Source: Calditrichia bacterium (GTDB lineage: Bacteria; Calditrichota; Calditrichia; JAJRVZ01). Taken from it: DNA of 64,000 nt. Made by a program: the position numbers and the translations under genes. The notes beneath the pieces are model-generated. The model saw only the letters and a program-made list of their open reading frames with translations, had not been told where the DNA came from and did not search any database. Of this stretch, positions 12,104 through 22,608 are shown one piece after another. How positions within the stretch are numbered: the first letter of the stretch is position 1; each line of letters opens with the position of its first letter. The stretch is from assembly GCA_963796965.1 (NCBI GenBank), contig CAWCNS010000004.1, forward strand, positions 672,001 through 736,000. The letters are read 5' to 3'.

Positions 12104-12913
12104 ATGTTTCACAAAAGCATTAATAGTATCATCCTTTTCGCACTTGTAATGCTATTTTCGGTAGCCGGAATCACTCAGGATGATTCAGCACTTAACCGGA
12201 TTGTAAAGAGTGGTACCATTCGGGTGGGAATGTCTGGCACGCAGCCGCCCTTTAGTGTAAAATCAAAAGAAGGCAAGCTGATTGGCTATGAAGTTGATCT
12301 GGCCACTTTATTAGCAAATGCAATGAGTGTCGAGGTTAAATTTGTTGAAAAACCTTTTTCTGAATTGCTTTCTGCTCTGGAAAGTGGCGAGGTTGATGTT
12401 GTCATGTCCGGAATGACGATGACACCAGCACGCAATTTAAAAGTAGCATTTGTTGGTCCCTATATTGTTTCCGGAAAATCGATACTGACCAAATCCAAGA
12501 CATTGGCGGCGATCAAGGAAGCAAAAGAAATAGATCAGGCCAATGCAAAATTGGCGACATTAGAAGGTTCTACCAGTCAGAAGTTTGTTGAAAAATTTAT
12601 CGAGAAGGCCACTTTAACTACTACAAAAGATTATGATGAAGCGGTAAAACTGGTTCTCGACGATAAGGTAGATGCAATGGTTGCCGATTTCCCAATTTGT
12701 GCCTTAACCATTCTCAGACATCCAGATGCCGGTCTGGTTACCTTGGCACAGCCATTAACTATTGAGCCGATTGGTATGGCTTTACCGCCTAATGATCCTC
12801 AGTTATTAAACATGGTGGAGAATTATCTGGGAGCTCTGCAGTTGTCAGGAGTGCTCAACCTATTGGAGCAAAGATGGTTCGAAGATGGGTCCTGGTTAAT
12901 CCAGTTGCCCTAA
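12104..12913 (+). CDS. Amino-acid ABC transporter substrate-binding protein (family 3)
   Basis: QPPF, GYEVDLA, SGMTMTPAR motifs; signal peptide. Confidence 0.9.
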   Translation: MFHKSINSIILFALVMLFSVAGITQDDSALNRIVKSGTIRVGMSGTQPPFSVKSKEGKLIGYEVDLATLLANAMSVEVKFVEKPFSELLSALESGEVDVVMSGMTMTPARNLKVAFVGPYIVSGKSILTKSKTLAAIKEAKEIDQANAKLATLEGSTSQKFVEKFIEKATLTTTKDYDEAVKLVLDDKVDAMVADFPICALTILRHPDAGLVTLAQPLTIEPIGMALPPNDPQLLNMVENYLGALQLSGVLNLLEQRWFEDGSWLIQLP

Positions 12914-12964
12914 GTAATGTAGAATTGGAAATATCTGATTAAGATACGACCTGGCAGAAGTACG

Positions 12965-12989
12965 AAGGGGCGTTTTGCAAATGCCCCTT
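12965..12989. terminator. GC-rich hairpin between convergent genes (REP-like or bidirectional terminator)
   Basis: AAGGGGCGTTT-TGC-AAATGCCCCTT. Confidence 0.6.
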
Positions 12990-13014
12990 TCCAAACAACC
13001 GGAAACACAATGAA

Positions 13015-13393
13015 TTACTCCATAGAATGGATGGCAACCCGGTTCCCCTCGCTATCAAGAAAAATAGCAAAAAACCCCAGATCATCGGTTATTTTGGTTT
13101 TTTGAATAACAGGCTTGCCACCTGCCTTTACAACACGGCTTAGAATAACATTTAGATCCCTGCCACCATTCAAATAAACAAGCGTTCCTTTTTCGCTGGG
13201 GATATATCCCTCACCCTGGACGATGGCCCCACCTATACCACCCTGTTCCATGGGGAAGAAACCCATCTTCACCTGATCCATTTTTTGCTCTGGCATCTCA
13301 TAATTGTAGATCATACTATAAAACAACTTTGCCCGTTCAAAATCAGCTGACGGGAATCTCAAACCAATTTAGTGAATTCTTTATTGCGTCCAT
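13015..13393 (-). CDS. VOC/glyoxalase-family protein (frameshift near 13350)
   Basis: NWFEIP in the upstream frame, DSEGNRVAIHS at the C-terminus. Confidence 0.85.
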
Positions 13394-13697
13394 TTTTAGC
13401 CCCCTCTATCATCTTGGTATATATCATTCAAACCGATTTATTCAGATTATTAATTCCTTACAAACAAAATGATTTGTTTAAATCGTAATTCTGCCATCTG
13501 CTTTTAGCTTTCACACCTAAAGTCTTTATCAGAACCCTTGTCTAGAGGGAAACATTTAAATTCTTATTACGTCTTTAAAGGATCAGATGAATATAAGTGT
13601 AATTTTTATTGGGCTGGACATTCTGTCTTAAGCTAAGTATAAACAATGCTATTGGAGGTTAGATGACAGTTCATTACAAGGCCTCGTAAAAAATATA

Positions 13698-13743
13698 TTG
13701 ACTTTTGAAAATATTTTATTATATTCTACTATAAATATAGTAG
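13698..13743 (+). promoter_or_regulatory. Sigma70-like promoter with adjacent palindromic operator, probably bound by BlaI
   Basis: TTGACT-N16-TATATT followed by CTACTATA-AA-TATAGTAG (13726-13743) just upstream of the blaI-like gene. Confidence 0.65.
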
Positions 13744-13768
13744 ATCAACTATACGTGTAGGAGTTGTG

Positions 13769-14158
13769 ATGAAGGCCTTTGAAAAACTAACACCATTGGA
13801 ATGGGAAGTCATGGATGTCATCTGGCAACAAAAAAATGAGGTCTCGGTTCGCGAAATTTTAATTCAGGGTTATCCCACTGGCAACAAAGCATATACAACG
13901 GTTCAAACGGTTATGAATCATCTGGTAGAAAAGGGATATCTGGATAAGAAAAAGAAAGGTCTTGTAAATTTTTATAATGCCCTCCATAAAAAAGAAGATA
14001 TAATGAAAAGGGAAACCCGGGGCTTTGTAAAAAAAGTATACAATGGTTCGTTCCAGGCTCTCGCCAGTTATATTGTAGATTCGAATTCACTTACAGCTGA
14101 AGAAATAGCAGAATTAAAGAATCTAATCACCCAAAAAGAAAAAAATAAAGGGGCATGA
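13769..14158 (+). CDS. BlaI/MecI/CopY-family transcriptional repressor
   Basis: LTPLEWEVMDVIW, YTTVQTVMNHLVEKGYL. Confidence 0.9.
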   Translation: MKAFEKLTPLEWEVMDVIWQQKNEVSVREILIQGYPTGNKAYTTVQTVMNHLVEKGYLDKKKKGLVNFYNALHKKEDIMKRETRGFVKKVYNGSFQALASYIVDSNSLTAEEIAELKNLITQKEKNKGA

Positions 14159-14159
14159 T

Positions 14160-15518
14160 ATGATTCCTTTCATGAACGAAATATCTTCTCTCTGGTATGA
14201 TTATTTTTTAATAGCCACATTTCAGAACTCAATCTATATTGGATTGATTTTAACGATGATGACTATCTTTCGCAATAAGGACATTCGATTCCTGCGTATA
14301 CTGGCCATCATTGGATTTTTGAAACTTCTCTTGCCCCCCATCATAAAGATGCCTGTGGATACACATACTTTTATTAGTGAAATAAAAACTTTAGCTGTTA
14401 CGGATATCGTATCAAGGTCAGTTATAATTACGGGTGAGGGGATCTCACTTCAATCCTGGTTTTTTTTTACCTGGATTTCCCTCTCACTATTGTTTTTATG
14501 TATCGTTTTTTTGCGAACGATGCGCCTAAAAGATACATTTAATACCGCCAAACCTATCAATATATCCAATTTATCAGATCATCATTTGGCCAAAAAAATC
14601 AATTTTTTTAAATCCAATAAAAATCATAGCCCATTATTGATAGGTTTGATCCGAAAAAAAGTTATCGTTCCAAAGGATTGGGACTCCTGGACAGAAACAT
14701 GCAAATCGACTGTCATAACTCATGAACTGAATCATATACAGAATCGGGATCCTTGGTACAATCTTCTCCGTACAGTTCTTTTAGCGCTAAACTTTTTTAA
14801 TCCTCTTGTATGGATACTAAGTAACAGATTGATTGTTTTCAGTGAAATGGTTTGTGATGACGTCACAATTGAGTATTTGGATTCTACTACTACCCTTTAC
14901 TCCAAACAGCTAGTCGATCTTTCTGCAGGGGCAATTCATTCAAGACAAGAACCATCTATTTCCCTGGCATTTTCTGAATCCTATACATCAATGAAGAATA
15001 GAATTTCATATCAGTTATCAAAGAAGGAGGGTGTAAAGATGAAAAAGATGAGCAGAAGCAGCATAATTATTTCCTTTATTATTTTTTCTTCTATGGTATT
15101 ATTTTCATGGCAATGTGAAAGTAATGAAATAATTGGTGATATTGATACACCGGCCGAGGAGGTCTATGCATTTTCAGAAGTTACGGTCAAGCCACTATTG
15201 ATTGAAAAGGGAATGCCCCAATATCCTGAGGAGGCCCGAAAGGCCGGGCTGACGGGACTAGTGGTTGTATCTGTAACGATTGATAAAGATGGAAATGTTG
15301 CGACCGCTGAAATTTTTAAGGCGCTGAATGATTCTGTTAAAGTTAAATTGGATGAGAATGGAAAAGGATGGGGATACAATAAAGAATCTGTACGGAAGAC
15401 ATCTCTCGATATTGCGGCGCTAGAAGCGGCGAAAAAATGCAAGTTTAAACCCGCAATATTTAACGGGGAGAGTGTAAGTGTATTGATGAATATCCCTTAT
15501 AAATTTGCTTTAAAGTGA
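14160..15518 (+). CDS. BlaR1-like M56 metallopeptidase fused to a TonB C-terminal domain
   Basis: HELNH and EMVCD; YPEEARKAGLTGLVVVSVTIDKDG and FKPA. Confidence 0.88.
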   Translation: MIPFMNEISSLWYDYFLIATFQNSIYIGLILTMMTIFRNKDIRFLRILAIIGFLKLLLPPIIKMPVDTHTFISEIKTLAVTDIVSRSVIITGEGISLQSWFFFTWISLSLLFLCIVFLRTMRLKDTFNTAKPINISNLSDHHLAKKINFFKSNKNHSPLLIGLIRKKVIVPKDWDSWTETCKSTVITHELNHIQNRDPWYNLLRTVLLALNFFNPLVWILSNRLIVFSEMVCDDVTIEYLDSTTTLYSKQLVDLSAGAIHSRQEPSISLAFSESYTSMKNRISYQLSKKEGVKMKKMSRSSIIISFIIFSSMVLFSWQCESNEIIGDIDTPAEEVYAFSEVTVKPLLIEKGMPQYPEEARKAGLTGLVVVSVTIDKDGNVATAEIFKALNDSVKVKLDENGKGWGYNKESVRKTSLDIAALEAAKKCKFKPAIFNGESVSVLMNIPYKFALK

Positions 15519-15568
15519 TTGTATGGAAAATTCAGTTGAGAATTCTGTTATATTGTTAAAGTAAAATA

Positions 15569-15627
15569 AATCACCTCCGCCATCATCCCCCTCCTTAGTA
15601 AGGAGGGGGATGATGGCGGAGGTGATT
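15569..15627. repeat. Perfect 29-bp-arm palindrome between convergent genes
   Basis: AATCACCTCCGCCATCATCCCCCTCCTTA-G-exact reverse complement. Confidence 0.95.
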
Positions 15628-15710
15628 CGTACCAGTTGGTTTACTGGTATGTGTTCAAAATCTCCTTTACGTCTCTGCGAGATAAAAGCATCTTTCCGTA
15701 ATATTAGATC

Positions 15711-16913
15711 CTATACTTTGGAACCCGGCACCACCCAGATATTGTCCTTAATTTCCAATTTTATATCATCAAGAAAAACTGCTTTGCCTACTCCTCCCGG
15801 TCGGAAATCAGTAACAATATCCACGTGCTGTGCAGATCGGTTAAGAACCCCCTCAGCATGTAATTTATCTGCCTGACTCTTTCCTAAAGCACTGGCCGGC
15901 TCCTCAATAAAACATTCCGGATAACTGGCTCCAATGGCAATGTGCAAGGTTCCACCAACTTTTTCTACAAATAGAGGATGCTTTAACACTTTCTGAATTC
16001 CCTTGTTCATGCCTAATGCAACTTCACCCAACCGATGAGAACCCTCATCGGTTTCAATTATTCTTCTAAGGGCGTCCTCCCCCTGTAAAGCTGAATAATC
16101 CTGAATAATGCCCTTTGAAAATTTCAGATATATACCCTGGATTGTAACACCTGTATATGAAACAGGCAGGTCCACAAAAATTTCACCTTCCACAGTATTT
16201 GCATCAGGACTGGTAAATACCTCACCATCAGGAAAATTTCGTTCACCCGCACACTTGACAATATTTTTTTCTGCAATATTCATTTTTAATTCGAGATCTC
16301 GTCCGGTTTCCGAGTGTATTGTCTGAATCCGGATAACCGCACTTTTTCGCATGATTTGGTAAATCTCCTCTTCAACTTCAGATAGTGTTTTGGGATTAAT
16401 TATGCTGGCGCCGACAATAAAATCAGTATATTCGGTTAGGGACATTCCCTCCATATTGGCAAATCCTTCGGTTGGAAAAAGGGTTAATACCCAGGGCTTT
16501 AATAAACGAATCATCTTTAGAGGCTCATCTTGCTTCATAATAGCCTGGGAATTTTCATCCGGGAGATTGGCATATAATCCGGGATCTTCAGAACCTAAAA
16601 TTTCGATATACTTAGTCATATTTTCATAACGTGTTGTTAACCACTTAGGTGCACGTTCAATCTGATCAGTACTTCCATGGCGGGCCATGGAGGCGCCCCA
16701 GACTTTGCCCCGGTCATTATCCGGAGGGACGAGTAAAATATCAGCTATACCGCCAGATGAAATTATTTTATCTTGCAAAACAGACATGAGCGGCCAGGTG
16801 ATATGTTCTCCTTTTATCATGACAACATCCTCAGACACGATACCATCTAATGAGTAATCCAATAAGAATCCAGCCCAGGTTTCTAAATCTTCTTTCTTGA
16901 TATTAGAAGTCAT
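15711..16913 (-). CDS. M29 aminopeptidase (AmpS/thermophilic metalloprotease family)
   Basis: NFPDGEVFTSP, LGEVALG, EKVGGTLHIAIG, SAQHVD. Confidence 0.9.
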   Translation of the reverse strand: MTSNIKKEDLETWAGFLLDYSLDGIVSEDVVMIKGEHITWPLMSVLQDKIISSGGIADILLVPPDNDRGKVWGASMARHGSTDQIERAPKWLTTRYENMTKYIEILGSEDPGLYANLPDENSQAIMKQDEPLKMIRLLKPWVLTLFPTEGFANMEGMSLTEYTDFIVGASIINPKTLSEVEEEIYQIMRKSAVIRIQTIHSETGRDLELKMNIAEKNIVKCAGERNFPDGEVFTSPDANTVEGEIFVDLPVSYTGVTIQGIYLKFSKGIIQDYSALQGEDALRRIIETDEGSHRLGEVALGMNKGIQKVLKHPLFVEKVGGTLHIAIGASYPECFIEEPASALGKSQADKLHAEGVLNRSAQHVDIVTDFRPGGVGKAVFLDDIKLEIKDNIWVVPGSKV

Positions 16914-16917
16914 TCGC

Positions 16918-17361
16918 TTAAATCTCCCTTAGTTTGTCGACGACAGTTTCTTTTTCTCCATCCTCAAGGATTTCATCAAACCATGGATAAAATATATCCG
17001 TTTCCATTTGGCGATGCATGGTAAGCATTTCCTCCAGACCGGTAATTAAGGATTGGAGATCCTGAAGTCGGTTCTCAGAAAGCATGTTTTCAATCTTGGT
17101 TATGAACATTTTATTCATTTGATGATGCTCATTACGAAGTACGAAAATTGTATCTACGCCAGAAAGACCGGCGCGTTTTTCGAATAGTGGAAATAGGATT
17201 TTTTCTTCCCAAATAAAATGTTTTTGTAGGATTTGTTGAAATTGAGTAAAAATTTCTGTGGGATCTGATTGTTTTGCTTCAAACGCAGATAAAAGTTTAT
17301 TAAACAGAAATTCCAGTTTTTTATGATCCTCGTTCATTATCTTAAGAACTTCATTCATCAT
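16918..17361 (-). CDS. Hemerythrin-domain protein
   Basis: DH, HFIWEE, EH and HRQME motifs. Confidence 0.85.
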   Translation of the reverse strand: MMNEVLKIMNEDHKKLEFLFNKLLSAFEAKQSDPTEIFTQFQQILQKHFIWEEKILFPLFEKRAGLSGVDTIFVLRNEHHQMNKMFITKIENMLSENRLQDLQSLITGLEEMLTMHRQMETDIFYPWFDEILEDGEKETVVDKLREI

Positions 17362-17399
17362 AACCTCCCAGAACGATCCCTAAATATTGGGTAATTATT

Positions 17400-17543
17400 T
17401 TTCACGCAGCGTCACAACGGCGCAGAGTATTAAAATACCTATATATAAAATTGAATGGGATCTATTGAGTTTATTAGTGAAATTCGCAATAATTCGTCTC
17501 AGTCGCAGCCTGATCCGGCGAAGACGGATAATCCGTGGTTAAA
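17400..17543. repeat. Chimeric intergenic element with non-matching periodic arms
   Basis: TTCACGCAGCGTCACAACGGCGCAGAG on the left; AATTCGCAATAATTCG...ATCCGTGGTTAAA on the right. Confidence 0.55.
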
Positions 17544-17570
17544 ATCTGTTGAAAAAGAAATAATTACAAG

Positions 17571-20191
17571 TTATATCAGTTTCTTTATCTCAGACATCGC
17601 CTCATCAAATTTTGATATATCTTTTCCACCTGCAGTAGCCATATGTGGGCGCCCTCCACCACCTCCGCCTGCAACCTGGGCAATTTTCCTGACCAGATCA
17701 CCTGCTTTTAATCCCTTATTTTTGATCAGGTCATCAGTGACCAAACATAGAAAATTTATTTTGTCTTCATTAATTGTTCCTAATACGGCGACGGTATTCA
17801 TTGTTCTGTTGCGAATTTGATCACCGATTTCTTTTAACTGATCCATATTTGAATTTTTAAGCGAATAGATGATAATGTCAATTCCGTTTATCAACTCTTT
17901 TTTGGCTAGTATATCATCTATGCCCTGTGAAAGAACTTGAGAAGAGACTTTATTTAATTCTTTCTCCATTTCTTTTTTAGAGTTGACGAGCTCTTTTATT
18001 TTTTGCGATAATTCCTGTTCATTGCCGCTAATGATTTCAGATATTTCCCCAAGTTGAGTCCGAATATTTTGAAAATACTGAATCGCAGTCCTTCCGGTGA
18101 TGAGCTTCGATCCTTCTGACCCCTGCTGCTATACTTCCCTCATAAATAATGACAAAGGGTCCAATTTGTCCTGTACGGTCAACATGGGTGCCACCACATA
18201 ATTCAAAACTATAGTCGGAGACTTTTACCGTTCGGACCACATCCCCATACTTTTCACCAAACAGGGCCATGGCACCTTTTTTCTTTGCAGAATCAAAAGA
18301 ATCCTGGGCTATCTCCAAGGCAAGATCATCCTGAATCTTTGCATTTACCTGGCTTTCAATCTCCACAACCTGCCCGGAATCAACTTTTGAATAATGATTA
18401 AAATCAAATCGAAGCCGGTCGGGTGCAACTAATGAACCCGCCTGCTGTACATGTGATCCGAGAATGCTGCGTAAAGCGGCATGTAGCAAATGGGTGGCTG
18501 TGTGATTTTTCTCGGTTTCACGCCGTTTGGCAATACTCACCTGAGCAAGAACTCTGTCAGACCGGACTTCGAAATTGTCTGACATCAGACAGATATGAAC
18601 AATATTTTCCCCATCCTGTTGCGTATCAATAACTTCTAAATCGAATTCTTCAAGGGAAATGGTTCCCCTGTCGCCAATCTGCCCTCCTGATTCTGCATAA
18701 AAGGGTGTATCTTTTAGGACGAGATGTAATTGATTCTCGTGCGAAGCATAGCGGAGCAGATGCGTTTCAATCGCATCTTCCGTATAGCCGACAAAATTGG
18801 ATTTGTTTTCGTCATCGAGTATTATCCAGGAATCTTCCGGAATCTCATTTGTCTGAAATTTTGCCGCTTTGCGGGCCCGCTCTTTTTGCAGATTCATTTT
18901 CTTTTCAAAGCCAGACTCATCTAATTTAAATCCAACTTCTTCAGCCAGGGTGCGGGTAAGATCTACCGGAAACCCGTAGGTATCGTATAATTTAAAAATC
19001 TCGTCCCCAGGAACCACTATTTCTTTTTTATTTTTAAGATCTGTTTTAATGCTTTCGAATATTTCTAACCCTCGATCGAGAGTTCGGTTAAAATGTTCCT
19101 CTTCTGAACGTATAATAGTGCTTACATGGTCCAAACGTTCCTCTGTAATTGGGAAAGATTTGGCAAGAATTTTGTTTACTGTTGGTACAAGTTTGTAAAT
19201 AAACGGTTGATGCATGTTTAATTTCCGACCATATCGTGCTGCCCGGCGTAATATTCTACGGATTACATAATCCCGACCCTCATTACCGGGTGTTCCGCCA
19301 TCAGCAATTGAATAGGTTAACATGCGTACGTGATCTGCAATAACATGGAAAGCTCGATTTTAGCTCTGACTCGGTATAAGGAATGTTGGATATCGCACTG
19401 ATTTTTTCTATTAAAGGCGTAAAAACATCTGTCTCATAATTTGATTTTTTTTGTTGAAGGACAGCAACTAATCTTTCAAATCCTGCTCCTGTATCTACAT
19501 GTTTTGAAGGAAGAGGATGTAGCTTACCTTTATTGTCTCTGTTATATTGAACAAAGACAAGATTCCATAATTCAATATAACGACCACATTCGCCATTGAC
19601 CGCACATTCATGTTTTATATCTGGTTTGTCACAAAAATTAACTCCCTGATCGATATGAATTTCTGAGCAGGGTCCACAGGGGCCTGTATCACCCATTTCC
19701 CAAAAATTATCTTTCTCATCGAAACGAAGAATTTTATCGGGATGGATATCCGTTACTTCTTGCCATAATTCAGCAGCTTCATCATCATCCCTAAAAACTG
19801 TGGCATATAGTTTGTCTTTTGGAATCTTCCAAACATTGGTAAGTAGTTCCCAGGCCCAGACAATGGCCTCATGCTTATAATAATCGCCAAATGACCAGTT
19901 GCCAAGCATTTCGAAAAAAGTGTGATGATAGGTATCGTGTCCTACTTCTTCTAAATCATTATGCTTCCCGCTCACACGGATACATTTTTGAGAATTTACG
20001 GCGCGGCTGTAGGGGCGGGTACCCTTACCGAGTAATACATCTTTAAACTGATTCATCCCGGCATTTGTAAAAAGTAATGTGGGATCATCCAGCGGCACAA
20101 CCGGAGAACTCGGTACGTTTGTATGATCCTTCTTATAAAAAAAATCAATAAAAGATTGTCGTATTTCCTGTGATGTCAATTTATTAGTCAT
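17571..20191 (-). CDS. alaS: Alanine-tRNA ligase (frameshifts near 19355 and 18100)
   Basis: [47 protein letters not shown]. Confidence 0.97.
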
Positions 20192-20387
20192 GTAGAAAAT
20201 CCTGCTGAGAATTGTCAATTATTTTTAAAGAATAGAATTTGAAAACACAGTGGACATGGAGAATAAAATCTTTATGCCCGCTGTGTTTAATTAAAGTATA
20301 ATTTAATTTGAAATTAATTCATTTCAAAATAGGAATGAAATTAGAATGATCATTTTGCCAGCGAGGAATAACATGGGAAAGTATCTA

Positions 20388-21572
20388 TTAAAAGGATGAA
20401 AGAGCATATTCCAAATCAACCTTTAAATCATTAACATGCTCCAATCCCACAGAAAGCCTTAACAAACCATTTGTCACACCGATCTTTTCTCTTTCTTCAG
20501 GGGAAAGATAGACATGGGAGGTAGATGCCGGATGAGAGATTAAACTTGAGACATCACCAAGGCTTACGGTAAACAGGATTATCTTGAGGCTCTGCATGAC
20601 GGTCATCGCCTCTTTTTGGCCACCATTAATCTCGAAGGCTAACATGCCACTGAATCCGTTAAACTGTTTTTTTGTTAAATCAGCTTGTGGATTGCCAGGC
20701 AATCCGGCATGATAGACTTTTTTAATTTTTGGATGTGTGGATAGAAAATTTGCTAATTCCATGGCAGTCTTGTTCTGCTTTTCAATCCGGACGCCTAATG
20801 TACGAATCCCGCGAATGAGCAACCAGGCGATAATCGGAGCCATTGTAGGTCCGAATGTTTTCATTACCGGGCCGATCAGATCAATCTCTTTCTTTGACCC
20901 GCAAACCGCACCCCCGATAAGATCGGAATGTCCACCCAGATATTTGGTTGCTGAATGTATTACAATATCGGCACCTAACTCCAGGGGTTGAAATATAGGT
21001 GGTGGCGTAAATGTATTGTCTACGATTAGTTTACACGCATGCTTGTGGGCGAGATTCTTCCAATCGTCAATGTCAGAAGCAATCACCGTAGGATTTGCCA
21101 GAGGTTCTGTATAGAGTATCTTAGTCTTTTTTTGTATGGCTGAAGCAATGGCATCATGGTCTCTTGGGTCAACAAAAGTTACATCAATATTAAATCGGGA
21201 AAGCTGGTTCTGGAAAAAGGTATAAGTGCCTCCGTAAATATACGCAGATGATACAATATGATCACCCGGTTGGCAATTGGCGAATATTGTCGAGGATATG
21301 GCAGCCATTCCTGAGGCAAAAACTAATGCGGATTCAGCACGTTCCAAAGTAGTTAATATATCAATTAAGGCATCGCTTGTGGGATTCGAATAACGTGAGT
21401 AGATATGCCCGGGTTTTTTACTGAGAAGGATATCTGTTCCTTCCTCAACATTATCGTATAGAAAATTAGATGTTTGAAAAATAGGCACACCCGGTGTGCG
21501 GACGTTGGAGAGATCAATCCCTTCACCAGCTTTTATAATTTGCGTTAATATATCCCACTCTTCTGTGCTCAT
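20388..21572 (-). CDS. PLP-dependent trans-sulfuration enzyme (methionine gamma-lyase/cystathionine gamma-synthase family)
   Basis: YSRYSNPT, FASGMAAI, DNTF, HSATKYLGGHSD, LLRLSVGLE. Confidence 0.9.
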   Translation of the reverse strand: MSTEEWDILTQIIKAGEGIDLSNVRTPGVPIFQTSNFLYDNVEEGTDILLSKKPGHIYSRYSNPTSDALIDILTTLERAESALVFASGMAAISSTIFANCQPGDHIVSSAYIYGGTYTFFQNQLSRFNIDVTFVDPRDHDAIASAIQKKTKILYTEPLANPTVIASDIDDWKNLAHKHACKLIVDNTFTPPPIFQPLELGADIVIHSATKYLGGHSDLIGGAVCGSKKEIDLIGPVMKTFGPTMAPIIAWLLIRGIRTLGVRIEKQNKTAMELANFLSTHPKIKKVYHAGLPGNPQADLTKKQFNGFSGMLAFEINGGQKEAMTVMQSLKIILFTVSLGDVSSLISHPASTSHVYLSPEEREKIGVTNGLLRLSVGLEHVNDLKVDLEYALSSF

Positions 21573-21737
21573 GTTTTATCCCTTTCTCGTTACCTTCATC
21601 TGAGTACTTGGCTCTTGGTAATTGCTTCTGGATTTTAAATTGTAGCCGATGTGGATTACTTCATTAAAATATTACTTGATATAAATGTGAGAATGGCTCA
21701 AACATACAATTCCCAATTCCCAATTCCCAATTCCAAA

Positions 21738-22352
21738 TCACAAAACCCTCTCAATCAGGTCCCAGGTATAGCCTTTCTGAGCCAGATAACTGGTCAGTCG
21801 TTTCTTTTTTTGAAGTGGATCCAAATTATTTAATAGGACAAGTTTTTTTTCAGCGAGTTCTTTGCAATTCTTAAACTGTAATTCCTCAGAATATAATTCT
21901 TCCATCAATTTATGGATTATATTATTCTGCACGCCTTTTTTTGACAATTTATTTTTTATTAGCAGAGGTCCACTTCTTTTTAAATTAATCTCATCATTGA
22001 TCACCTGACGGGCATAGCGTTGATCATTAAGATAATCTCGTTTAGAAAGATCCTGCACAATCTCGTTAATAATTTCTTTATCCAGTGATTTTTGTATTAA
22101 TTTATCTCTTAATTCATTTTGGCTATGATCACGTCGTGAAAGAAACCGCCAGGCTTGTTCACGAACGGATACATATTTTTCTTTATCATTTATTTCTTCA
22201 AGAAGAAGATCTGAAATTTCTTTCCCCTGATGGAGATCAAAGGCAAGTAAAGTTTCTTCAGAAATACCAAGGATAAAATCATCCCCGGCAAAAAGTGAAT
22301 ATCTTTTTTTGTTTTTCTTCTGTTGTTCGATTTTTGTGATTATGAAAGACAT
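21738..22352 (-). CDS. recX: Regulatory protein RecX
   Basis: LSRRDHSQNEL, YLNDQRYA, LAQKGY; directly downstream of recA. Confidence 0.9.
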   Translation of the reverse strand: MSFIITKIEQQKKNKKRYSLFAGDDFILGISEETLLAFDLHQGKEISDLLLEEINDKEKYVSVREQAWRFLSRRDHSQNELRDKLIQKSLDKEIINEIVQDLSKRDYLNDQRYARQVINDEINLKRSGPLLIKNKLSKKGVQNNIIHKLMEELYSEELQFKNCKELAEKKLVLLNNLDPLQKKKRLTSYLAQKGYTWDLIERVL

Positions 22353-22392
22353 AGAGATAGTATGTGGGAATGAGGTAGATTTTTTAGTTTAG

Positions 22393-22500
22393 AACCCTCC
22401 TCTTCTTCATGAGAAGGGCTCCTCAAAGTCCCTCGCTTTGTAAGAGAGGGATTTTCCCGAAAAGGGATGCCTTCGGCAAGGGAGAGTTCTTTGAATCAAG
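22393..22500. repeat. REP-like multi-hairpin element between recA and recX
   Basis: TCCCTCGCTTTGTAAGAGAGGGA plus CCC-GAAAA-GGG and TGCC-TTCG-GCA-type hairpins. Confidence 0.55.
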
Positions 22501-22608
22501 TTCCCTGTTTGGAAATTAATAAAATCATTTGATATCGTGTTGTTTATGAATACATATCCAAATCTTAACCGGACACTTATTATAATTAAAGTACATCAGC
22601 CAAACTTT

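Noticed and set aside
15610..15876. ORF starting in the palindrome (likewise 17455-17820)
   Set aside because: Antisense to real genes; starts arise from repeat or intergenic sequence
20243..20288. T-box leader for alaS
   Set aside because: Only a simple hairpin; no T-box consensus or specifier stem
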